Source: an uncultured bacterium (lineage in GTDB: Bacteria > Chlamydiota > Chlamydiia > Chlamydiales > SM23-39). Taken from it: 64,000 bases of DNA. The stretch's first letter is position 1; every line of letters starts with the position of its first letter. The notes below the pieces were generated by a model that had not been told where the DNA came from, did no database searches, and saw only the letters and a list, made by a program, of their open reading frames with translations. The translations under genes and the position numbers were made by a program. This document shows positions 51,038-59,684 of the stretch, one piece after another. Location of the stretch: NCBI GenBank assembly GCA_963716985.1, contig OY970323.1, positions 1,568,001 through 1,632,000 on the forward strand, in the 5' to 3' direction.

Positions 51038-52360
51038 TCAATTGCAATCTGTTTGCGTCATCCAGGTAAAAAGCTGGTCCAACTCTTGGGACCTCTTTCC
51101 CTTGACCAGCACTACGTCATTTACTTGGACCAGTTTTTTTAACTGATGAAACAGCTCTTTCTTGTCCAAAAAGATCTCCGCCCTCTTTCCTTTTTCCCGA
51201 AACGACTCGGCCATCGGAGCGGTTTCTTTTCCGTAGCAAAAAAGGATATCCGCCGTTGATTCCGCTTTTTTCCCGATCTCTTGGTGGTTGATTTCCGAAA
51301 AAACCCCCTGGTCTGCCATTTCTCCCAAAACTGCGATGACCCTCCCCCCCTCTTTGGGCTTGGGAAGAGCATCCAATGCAGCTCCCACCGAATCGGGATT
51401 GGCGTTATAAGCGTCGTTAATATAAACAACTCCGCCGACGCACATCTTCTCAAATCGCATTTTCGGCGTTTGAAGAAAAGCTGCCCTCTCTTCAATTTCC
51501 AGCCAGGAAAGACCCATCCACCTTGCTGCTGCGGCTGCCGCTAAAAAATCCTCTTTGAAATGAATCTCTTCGATCAATAAAGAAAAGTGCGCCGCTTTTT
51601 TTCCCTTTTCCCAAATGCACACTCTCTCCCCTTCCGACACGAGGAAAAAATCCGCCGTCCGATCTTGTAATGAAAAGGTCACAAACTCTTTTTCCGGCCG
51701 TACAAAATCCAGAAGACCTGCGTGGGCCACAACTTTTTTGGTTTTCGGGTGGGAGAAAATCTCGCATTTTGCCTTTGCAATTCCCAATAACCCCTCTTCG
51801 AAGTTTGCAATATGGGCGGGAGCGATTTTCGTAATGATGGCCAAATCCGGAGGGGCAATGGAGACAAGATTGGCAATTTCTCCCGGCATGCACATGCCCA
51901 TTTCCAAGACTAGCACCTCTCCTTTTCGGTTCAAGACGTTCAAAGGCAAAGAAATTTGGGAATTCATACTTCCCGGGCTTTTGCCCACCCGATATTTCCG
52001 CTCCAAAAGCGTTGCCAAAAACTCTTTGGTCGTCGTTTTTCCGACGCTTCCCGTAAGACCGATGATCCTCTTTTCGTTTTTTTTAAGCCATTCTCTTGCA
52101 AGACCTTGCAAAGACGCAAGCACATTCTCCGCATGAAATAGAAAAAGGCCAAAGGAATCTCCTTGATATTCCTTGGAGACGACAGCAGCAACTGCGCCCT
52201 TTGCCGCCACCTGCTGCAAAAAACAAGCGCCATCCACCTTATTGCCTTTTAGGGCAAAAAAGAGGTCGCCCTTTTCTACCTCAGTACTATTTTGTCGAAA
52301 GGAGCTGATCTCTAAACTTCTCTCTTCCTGACATCCGGGAATTCTTGCAATGCGAACCAT
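51038..52360 (-). CDS. murF: MurF ligase
   Basis: TGSVGKTTTK, LEMGM, DAYNANP, LGEM and VKG motifs. Start at ATG 52360 or TTG 52378. Confidence 0.93.
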   Translation of the reverse strand: MVRIARIPGCQEERSLEISSFRQNSTEVEKGDLFFALKGNKVDGACFLQQVAAKGAVAAVVSKEYQGDSFGLFLFHAENVLASLQGLAREWLKKNEKRIIGLTGSVGKTTTKEFLATLLERKYRVGKSPGSMNSQISLPLNVLNRKGEVLVLEMGMCMPGEIANLVSIAPPDLAIITKIAPAHIANFEEGLLGIAKAKCEIFSHPKTKKVVAHAGLLDFVRPEKEFVTFSLQDRTADFFLVSEGERVCIWEKGKKAAHFSLLIEEIHFKEDFLAAAAAARWMGLSWLEIEERAAFLQTPKMRFEKMCVGGVVYINDAYNANPDSVGAALDALPKPKEGGRVIAVLGEMADQGVFSEINHQEIGKKAESTADILFCYGKETAPMAESFREKGKRAEIFLDKKELFHQLKKLVQVNDVVLVKGKRSQELDQLFTWMTQTDCN

Positions 52361-52575
52361 AGGGGAAAAAACCTTCAAAAAACTCTCTTTAGAATTAGCT
52401 CTTACCCCCCATTTTGACGCAAGAAAAAAATTGACTTATACTCTAACTAACTGAAACAAAGTAAGTTAAATAAAAAATTAGTAGAAATTAATTTAAAAAT
52501 ACATCATATTAACAATTTCAATTGATTTTAAAAATAAACTATTTTATAATTATATGAAAACAAAGATATTAATTT

Positions 52576-54207
52576 ATGACAACAACCATGCCCACTTCTG
52601 CCCCAGCCGGATCGATCGATCCTTCTAAAAATCCGGCTCTCTACAAACGCGGCATGAGAATTGACTGGCTCGGCAAAATTTACATTCTTACGGTCACAGG
52701 ACAAGACGGTCTTGCAATGAATTTAGACCAAGAAACCTGGGTTGCAGTCGAGCAAACGGCCAAACAAGTATTAAATCTACAATTTCATCTCGAAGAGCAG
52801 CAAAAAAAAGACCCCAATCTCCAATTCGACGAGCTGAGTATTCAATTCAAAAATGAGGGCCCGGAGCCCTCTGCAACCACATCAACAATCAGAAGAAGCG
52901 GGACATTTACATTCACGGTCGTTGGATCTGCTTCTGAAACAAGACCCTTCGACGAATCTTTTACAGAAAACGTTTATGCTGTTTTCGAAAAGATTCTTCT
53001 CACACGTGCGCCCGATGGCCGTAGGCGTTATTCAGATGTGAATAGTGGAATTGGCGGCTGTCCTGTAAACAAAAAACCGACGCCCGCATCTCCCACAGCA
53101 ACGGCAGCAACTCCCCCGGCAGCAACGCCGCCCCAGCCACAAGGAAAACCTGTAGCTCCGGCACCAGCGGTCGCTCTTCCCACTCTTCTAGCACAAAAAG
53201 CTAAAAAAGCCCCAATTGTTCAGGCAGATCATTCGCAATTTAGCCCAGGTTTTAGGCAGGCGGGATGCACTGTATACGCAGCTCAGATGCTTTCCATACT
53301 CCTCCGCAAAGATCCAAAGGACCCTGTCGAAAAGAAAGACATTGAAGATTGCTTAAACTTTGGTTCCTATGTATATGATCAAGTCCAGCGAGAGATGAAA
53401 ACTCAACTCGAAGAAGAAAAAGCAATATCACCTGTAATGGTTACATTCATTGAAACTATTGAAAAGAATGGGTGGGACAAAGACAAAGCAGCTTTTCAAA
53501 CTTTTTGCGACACTGCCGCTTATCCGCTAGATTCTATTGAAGGAAAAGCATCACAAATCGTTTTGGCGCAATTTGAGAAGATCTTTGCTTCTGCAGATAG
53601 CAAGTCCACCTCCACTAGACTTTTCAGGGAAGCAATTGTCAATGCCGATGGTATGTTGCAAAGATTAAATCAGCCCAATCCATTCTTGGCTTTTCCAGAG
53701 GTAATTGGAAATATACCCGCTCTTCAGCTACAAATTGTACCAGGTCATGAAGCAGGCTTTACTTCGAACATGCAGAACACGAAAGATCTTTTTACAAACC
53801 TAATAAAGACGCAATTCATTGACCGCCTTCCTCAGCCATCCCCAGTTGGTGCCAAAATCGGCGGACTGTTGACTGCTCAGGGCAGCAGCTATTCCTTTAC
53901 CATAACAAAAGAAGTCGGAAATGCGTATACCGTTCAATTCTTCAATTCTCATGGAGAAGGACAGGGCAACGGCGCTTATGTAGCCACATTCGACCTCAAC
54001 GATTTTATTGAATTTTTAAGCAACAAATATAGGGGATTCGACACAACATATCCTCAAGATGGTGGATATATACTCTACCCAATTATCCATGTTGTTCCCC
54101 CCTCCACCACCCAAGCCATAGCAGCGGCCTCCCCGGCCCCACAAACTAGAGCTCCCCAATCGACACAGGGCGGCTGGTCATTGTTTCGTCCATCCACATG
54201 GCTATGA
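52576..54207 (+). CDS. Putative VTD (viral-tegument-like) cysteine deubiquitinase effector 1
   Basis: HSQ...AGCTVYA (Cys), IEDCL..G..VYD, LLTAQGSSYS, FFNSHG and AYVATF; Pro/Ala-rich linkers. Confidence 0.65.
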   Translation: MTTTMPTSAPAGSIDPSKNPALYKRGMRIDWLGKIYILTVTGQDGLAMNLDQETWVAVEQTAKQVLNLQFHLEEQQKKDPNLQFDELSIQFKNEGPEPSATTSTIRRSGTFTFTVVGSASETRPFDESFTENVYAVFEKILLTRAPDGRRRYSDVNSGIGGCPVNKKPTPASPTATAATPPAATPPQPQGKPVAPAPAVALPTLLAQKAKKAPIVQADHSQFSPGFRQAGCTVYAAQMLSILLRKDPKDPVEKKDIEDCLNFGSYVYDQVQREMKTQLEEEKAISPVMVTFIETIEKNGWDKDKAAFQTFCDTAAYPLDSIEGKASQIVLAQFEKIFASADSKSTSTRLFREAIVNADGMLQRLNQPNPFLAFPEVIGNIPALQLQIVPGHEAGFTSNMQNTKDLFTNLIKTQFIDRLPQPSPVGAKIGGLLTAQGSSYSFTITKEVGNAYTVQFFNSHGEGQGNGAYVATFDLNDFIEFLSNKYRGFDTTYPQDGGYILYPIIHVVPPSTTQAIAAASPAPQTRAPQSTQGGWSLFRPSTWL

Positions 54208-54418
54208 AAATAAAGAAAGCGCCCCCCGTTTTTTGACTTGCATCTCCAGCAGTTGGTAGAGCAAAAAATCAAAAGAGCTCTCAAAACCAGTAGCAAATTT
54301 TTTAATCTTCATCAATTCCTAAAACATTCCTAATATTTAAAATTTTAATTCCCGAATAAATTTGGTTGATTTTTGCTATTTTTTGTGATAAACTATTGGC
54401 AATAATTGGAGCTTTTTC

Positions 54419-56020
54419 ATGAACCTTTCGCTTTTTTCACCAAGAATCCCGGACCTTGTTCCTCAATATACTTTTTACAACCTGCCCATGGCTCAAAAAG
54501 CTTGGACTCCTCCCGTTTTACAAAGTCATGATTTCTTAAAATGGACCTATCGCATCACCTGCATTGGTTTGCTTGCACTCGCCTTCCTCGTTGACGTCTC
54601 TGTAGGCAATCTTTATCGACTGACCATCGGCAATCGGAAAATCTATTCTCAAAATGTGGAAAATCAGGAGAAATTCCTCCAAGCCACAAAAGAGGTCGCA
54701 AGAAATCGACGGATCGCATTGGGAGCTCTTGCCATCGGCGCAACAGCCCTAGCTGCTTTTTATTTAGTAAAAAGAGCCTCTTTGCCACATTTCCTGGACT
54801 GGACACACTCCTCCGGAAATGCGTCTACTATTCTCAATCAAACCAACCCTTCACCCGACACTGTACCGGGATCAAATCCTTTCTTTTGGATCGCAGGACT
54901 CGCTGCGATCGGAACCATCATCTTGGGCAGTTTGGTTTGTGCGAATGGTTCGTCTGCGAAAGTTAGAAGAACTTGCGGAAGGCATTCCCAGAACAGCACT
55001 GATACTTCTTCTGGCACACCATTACATAGAATCTATGGATGTACCGTTTACGCCGGTTACATGATTCGAAATCTTTTGCAAAAAAGTTATAAGGAAACAA
55101 CAGCGGACATTGCAGAAGCGGATATTGAAGGTTGCTTAAGGGTGGGCGACGGCATATACGATAATGTCTTTAAAAATCTTTGTTCTGCTATGGGACCAGA
55201 GTGGCGTCTCAATCAGTTACAAACTTTCAAATTAGAAGCATTGCAAACCCACTTCACCGCTCCCAGAGTTGATATTTCTACCATTGACTGCCCAATTGAG
55301 TTCTTGCACCAGGAACCTATCCCAGACAATAAATTGGATCCCCCAATCACACAAGAGGAACAAACAACCGCAAATGGAGCTATTGTAAGTGACTGGGAAC
55401 TAACCAAAAAAGATACTCTTCTCCTCACTATTCAAAAACTCAAAACCAGCGCTCAAGCAATAAGACCTTCTTGCTTGAGCTGGCCAGAAACATATCCTCG
55501 TTCTGGCCAATTCACAGACTACCTGCTGAACCCACGAGGTGCACAAGGTTATGTTTCTCCTGCAGCCACCACACAAGAGATTTTTGGATCTCTGCTTAAT
55601 CAGCTTATCGGTCTCGAACCCTCCCCTGGGGTAGCAGGAACATCTGCTTCGGCTTTAGCTGCTCCTCCGGCCACAATCCCTGCAATAGACACATCCACAA
55701 CCGCATTGGCCCTAGACACAACCCCCATCGGCACAAAAATCGGGGGGCTTCTAACTGCTGATGGCGCTAGCTATTCTTTTTCAGTAAGAAAAGAGCCGGA
55801 TAACAAATATAGTGTCCAATTTTTCGACTCTCATGGGGAGCTTCAGGGAGAAAATACTCGTGGCCCCGCTTATATTGCAGAATTTTCCTCCCTCGAGGAT
55901 TTTATCCAATTTCTCTGCCAAAAGTATCCAACCATTCCCCCACAAGGAGGCCCTCCGACTCCAGATCATGGTTTCACTCTCTTCCCGGTCCAACTGCGGC
56001 CACCACCATTGGCGACATAG
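54419..56020 (+). CDS. Putative VTD deubiquitinase effector 2, membrane-anchored
   Basis: Three hydrophobic segments, then HSQ...GCTVYA, IEGCL..GD.IYD, LLTADGASYS, FFDSHG and AYIAEF. Confidence 0.68.
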   Translation: MNLSLFSPRIPDLVPQYTFYNLPMAQKAWTPPVLQSHDFLKWTYRITCIGLLALAFLVDVSVGNLYRLTIGNRKIYSQNVENQEKFLQATKEVARNRRIALGALAIGATALAAFYLVKRASLPHFLDWTHSSGNASTILNQTNPSPDTVPGSNPFFWIAGLAAIGTIILGSLVCANGSSAKVRRTCGRHSQNSTDTSSGTPLHRIYGCTVYAGYMIRNLLQKSYKETTADIAEADIEGCLRVGDGIYDNVFKNLCSAMGPEWRLNQLQTFKLEALQTHFTAPRVDISTIDCPIEFLHQEPIPDNKLDPPITQEEQTTANGAIVSDWELTKKDTLLLTIQKLKTSAQAIRPSCLSWPETYPRSGQFTDYLLNPRGAQGYVSPAATTQEIFGSLLNQLIGLEPSPGVAGTSASALAAPPATIPAIDTSTTALALDTTPIGTKIGGLLTADGASYSFSVRKEPDNKYSVQFFDSHGELQGENTRGPAYIAEFSSLEDFIQFLCQKYPTIPPQGGPPTPDHGFTLFPVQLRPPPLAT

Positions 56021-56133
56021 GCAAGAGATCCTCCCTGCCCGAAAAAGCCTTCTGTGCATTTTTTTCCAAAAAAGCGCTGAGGCTATCTGATTTTCCAAGG
56101 AGGTTTTTCTGCATCTAAACACCAAGGAAACCG

Positions 56134-56163
56134 TTGACCTGTTATCGTAAAATGAAGCATAAT
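56134..56163 (+). promoter_or_regulatory. Sigma66/70-type promoter for tRNA-Cys
   Basis: TTGACC-18 bp-CATAAT, ending 17 bp before the tRNA. Confidence 0.6.
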
Positions 56164-56180
56164 GACTGGCTAGTTCATTC

Positions 56181-56251
56181 GGTGGCATAGCCAAGCGGTA
56201 AGGCAGGAGCCTGCAAAGCTCCCATCCCCAGTTCAAATCTGGGTGCCACCT
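56181..56251 (+). tRNA. tRNA-Cys(GCA), CCA not encoded
   Basis: Acceptor stem GGTGGCA/TGCCACC, anticodon loop CTGCAAA, T-loop GTTCAAATC, discriminator T. Confidence 0.96.
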
Positions 56252-56287
56252 AAACCGGTGTAAAAAACGCCAGGCCGCTCAAGTCAA

Positions 56288-57100
56288 ATGCTCTACCTCG
56301 TTGCAACCCCTATCGGCAATTTGGAAGATATCACCTACAGAGCCGTTCGTATTCTCTCTAGTTGCGACTACATCCTTTGCGAAGATGTGCGAAAAAGCCA
56401 AGTTCTCTTGCAGCATTACGGCATCAAAAAAGAGCTCGTCTGCTTTCACATGTTTTGTGAAAAAAAAAGAGAACATCAAATACTCAAAGATCTTGCAATG
56501 GGAAAAGAAATCGCGCTCATTTCCGATGCAGGAGAGCCCCTTTTGTCAGACCCCGGCCATTCACTCGTGCAAGCATGCATAGAGAAAAAAATACCCTTCA
56601 CTTCTCTGCCAGGACCCTCTTCTTTGTTAAACGCGCTTCTTCTTTCCGGGTTTGCGACAACTCCCTTTTTGTTTTTGGGATTTTTGAATAAAAAAAAATC
56701 GGAGAAGGAAAAAGAGATCAAGAAAATGCTTTTTTTCCCGGGAACATCTCTCTGCTTTGAAACGCCAAAGCGCATCGAAGAAACGCTCCAAATCATCGGG
56801 CAATTCGACCCCGAGCGCAACTGCATGATTGCAAGAGAGATGACGAAAAAATTCGAAGAGGCCCTCCGAGGCCGCGCCGATTCTCTTCTCGACCATTTTC
56901 AAACAGCGCCGCCGCAAGGCGAGATGGTGCTTGTCCTCTCTGCAGGAGAGGCGCCTATCCATTTTTTACCACTGGAAGAGCTGCTCTCTTTTTTCCAAGA
57001 TTTTTACGGCCTTGATGAGAAAGAAGCGATTAAAACTGCAGCAAAATTGCGAAAAATGCCCAAACGCTCATATTATAATCAGCTGAAAAAAAAGGGATGA
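56288..57100 (+). CDS. rsmI: 16S rRNA (cytidine1402-2'-O)-methyltransferase
   Basis: LYLVATPIGNLEDIT, ISDAG.P..SDPG and AREMTKKFEE motifs. Confidence 0.95.
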   Translation: MLYLVATPIGNLEDITYRAVRILSSCDYILCEDVRKSQVLLQHYGIKKELVCFHMFCEKKREHQILKDLAMGKEIALISDAGEPLLSDPGHSLVQACIEKKIPFTSLPGPSSLLNALLLSGFATTPFLFLGFLNKKKSEKEKEIKKMLFFPGTSLCFETPKRIEETLQIIGQFDPERNCMIAREMTKKFEEALRGRADSLLDHFQTAPPQGEMVLVLSAGEAPIHFLPLEELLSFFQDFYGLDEKEAIKTAAKLRKMPKRSYYNQLKKKG

Positions 57101-57104
57101 TTCT

Positions 57105-57914
57105 ATGCTGGCGCTTTCTGTTGCTCTAATGGCTGAAGCAAAACCTTTGATTCACCATTTCCATTTAAGGGAAGAGCCCAACATAAAAGGATACCGCATC
57201 TGGAAAAACCATGAGATGCTTCTCATTCTCACCGGATCCGGCAAGCTTTTTTCAGCAGCAGCGAGCAGCTATCTTTTAGGGAGATATCCCGAAATCTCTC
57301 TCTTTGTCAATATGGGCATTGCAGGCCATGCAAGCCTTGCCGTCGGCTCTCTGATCTTGGCGAGCAAAATCATCGATTCCCAAGAAAATAAAAGTTTTTA
57401 TCCCACAATGATCATCGATCCCCCTTGCCGGACAATGACCGTCACCACTCTCCCCAAACCCTCAAAAGAGTATCGGGAAGAAACCTGCTTTGATATGGAA
57501 GCATCGGGATTTTTCCTAGCCTCTTCCAAATTTTTACCCTCCGAATGCATCCACTGCTTAAAAATCATTTCGGACAATGCGACATCTTCCCATTTTCTTG
57601 TTCATGAAAAAATTGTATCCGACATGATCTTGGCGCAATCGGGACTCATCGAAACGATACTCAAGCAGATGCAAGGCGCCACAGAGCGCAGACAGCCGAT
57701 CCGCACGGAGAGCCTTTATCTCGAGCAATGGCATTTCACCTGTTCGCAAAAAGAGAAGCTTGCAGACATTCTTTACCGCATCGAGGCGCTAAAGCCCAAA
57801 GAAACCAATGAGGGTTTTTCCCATTGTAAAAATGCGCAAGAATTTCTCTCCCTTCTGGAAGAAAAAGCAAAAAAACTTCCCATTTTTTGCGGAATCAAAA
57901 AACCCGTCTCATGA
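57105..57914 (+). CDS. Nucleoside phosphorylase / MTA-SAH nucleosidase-like protein
   Basis: ALMAEA, TGSGK, NMGIAG, DMEASG and KIISDN motifs; extra C-terminal helical region. Confidence 0.8.
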   Translation: MLALSVALMAEAKPLIHHFHLREEPNIKGYRIWKNHEMLLILTGSGKLFSAAASSYLLGRYPEISLFVNMGIAGHASLAVGSLILASKIIDSQENKSFYPTMIIDPPCRTMTVTTLPKPSKEYREETCFDMEASGFFLASSKFLPSECIHCLKIISDNATSSHFLVHEKIVSDMILAQSGLIETILKQMQGATERRQPIRTESLYLEQWHFTCSQKEKLADILYRIEALKPKETNEGFSHCKNAQEFLSLLEEKAKKLPIFCGIKKPVS

Positions 57915-58906
57915 TCGACACCATCTATATCGAAGAGGAGATCCGCAACCATCCAAGGGTAGAAAAAATCCGTGAACAATTCCCGCACGCACGCAATATA
58001 CCGATCGAGCGCTTTTCCGAAATTTTCAACCGCAAGGCCCAAAATTTTCGCCTACAAAAACAGCGCCGCTCTCTCATCTTGGCAAAAAAATATGGCACAT
58101 GCCTCTATCCCCTGCCGATCGAACATCGTCTGGAGGGAAAAAAAAGCTTCTATTTTTCTCCTCTTTATAACTGTCTGTTTGATTGCTCCTATTGTTTTTT
58201 GCAGGGCTTTTTTCGATCGGCCCATCTGCTTCTTTTTGTGAATTTTGAAGAGTATTTTCATCAAATCGAAGAGAGGGTGAAGGAAAACAGCAAAGAAACG
58301 ATTTTTTTCTTTTCGGGCTATGAATGCGACTCTCTTGGATGCGAACACATCTCTTCTTTCTTAAGAGAATTCCTTCCCTTTTTCGAGAAAAAAAAGGAGA
58401 GTTTTTTTGAGCTTCGGACAAAAAGCAATCAAATAGCTCCCCTCATCAATCGACAACCGATCGAACATTGCATCATTGCTTTTAGCTTGACCCCATCCTG
58501 CATAGCAAAGGCCTTTGAAAAACGCGCGCCTTCCTTAGAACAGCGCATACAAGCCATGAGGGATTTGCAGCAAACGGGATGGAAAATCGCGCTTCGATTC
58601 GATCCTCTCATCTATTATCAGGGTTTTGAAGAGGGGTATGAGGAGCTTTTCTCTACACTTTTTTCAACGATCGATGCAGGAGAGGTCCATTCCGCCACAA
58701 TCGGCTCTCTTCGCTATCCCAAAGATGTTTATAAAAATATGCGGCGTCTGGATCTATCGCCGGAGCTTTTGGCCCCCCTTTTCGAAAATGAAGAAAAGAT
58801 TTTTGGATACACAAAAGAGATCAAAGAAAAACTCTTTTCTTTTTGCGAAGAAAAACTCTCTCTTTTTCTTCCCAAAGAAAAGATTTTTAAACAGGAGAAG
58901 CTATGA
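57911..58906 (+). CDS. Spore-photoproduct-lyase-like radical SAM protein
   Basis: NCLFDCSYCFLQG (CxxxCxxC), DSL, ELRTKS, RFDP and GSLR motifs; ATGA overlap. Confidence 0.85.
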   Translation: MIDTIYIEEEIRNHPRVEKIREQFPHARNIPIERFSEIFNRKAQNFRLQKQRRSLILAKKYGTCLYPLPIEHRLEGKKSFYFSPLYNCLFDCSYCFLQGFFRSAHLLLFVNFEEYFHQIEERVKENSKETIFFFSGYECDSLGCEHISSFLREFLPFFEKKKESFFELRTKSNQIAPLINRQPIEHCIIAFSLTPSCIAKAFEKRAPSLEQRIQAMRDLQQTGWKIALRFDPLIYYQGFEEGYEELFSTLFSTIDAGEVHSATIGSLRYPKDVYKNMRRLDLSPELLAPLFENEEKIFGYTKEIKEKLFSFCEEKLSLFLPKEKIFKQEKL

Positions 58907-59640
58907 AGAAAAAGATCTTGATTACCGGCTGCAGCTCGGGTATTGGAAAAGCGACGACAACCCTTCTCTTGCAAGAGGGATTTTCCGTCGTAGGCATCAG
59001 CCGAAAAAGCCAAGACCTTCCCTTTGCATCTCATGTGGATTTTCACCATTTTTCCATCGATCTGTCCCATCTGGACGACCTTGCTTGCCATGTAAAAAAA
59101 ATCCAAGAGGCCCATCCAAAAATCGACGGTCTCATCTGCAACGCGGCAAGAGGTTATTTCGGCCATTTAGAAGAGCTATGCCCCTCCAAAATACGACAAA
59201 TCGTGGACCTCAATTTCACAAGCCCCGTTTTTCTCTCTCGCCAATTTTTGCCCCTATTCAAGAAAAACAGATGCGGAGAGATCATTTTCATCGGCTCGGA
59301 AGCGGCGCAAAAAGAACAAAAGCAAAACTCGATTTACGGATCGACAAAAGCCGCTATTCGAAGTTTTGCCAAATCCCTTCGCGAAGAGTGCCGATCATCG
59401 GGCGTAAAGGTGCATCTCATCTCTCCCGGAGTTGTGAGGAGCTCTTTTTACGATGAGCTACATTTTTCTCCTGCCCTAGCAGACGAGGCGGCCCTTCTTC
59501 CGTCCGATATCGCCAAGATCATTCTTCTGATCTTGCATCTGGAGCCAAGGGTTGTGTTCGACGAGATCTGTCTTTCTCCATTAAAAAAAGAGCTCTGTTT
59601 TTCGCCGCATGCAAAAAATGGATGTATGATTGAAGAATAA
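58903..59640 (+). CDS. SDR family oxidoreductase
   Basis: ITGCSSGIG, CNAA and YGSTK (YxxxK) motifs; ATGA overlap. Confidence 0.92.
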   Translation: MKKKILITGCSSGIGKATTTLLLQEGFSVVGISRKSQDLPFASHVDFHHFSIDLSHLDDLACHVKKIQEAHPKIDGLICNAARGYFGHLEELCPSKIRQIVDLNFTSPVFLSRQFLPLFKKNRCGEIIFIGSEAAQKEQKQNSIYGSTKAAIRSFAKSLREECRSSGVKVHLISPGVVRSSFYDELHFSPALADEAALLPSDIAKIILLILHLEPRVVFDEICLSPLKKELCFSPHAKNGCMIEE

Positions 59641-59684
59641 AAGCTCTTTGGATTAGAGTATTGAGCAAAAAAAGGAGAGTCGAT

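Noticed and set aside
56181..56251. tRNA-Cys as an integration site with an att duplication
   Set aside because: No duplicate of its 3' end and no integrase seen in the window.
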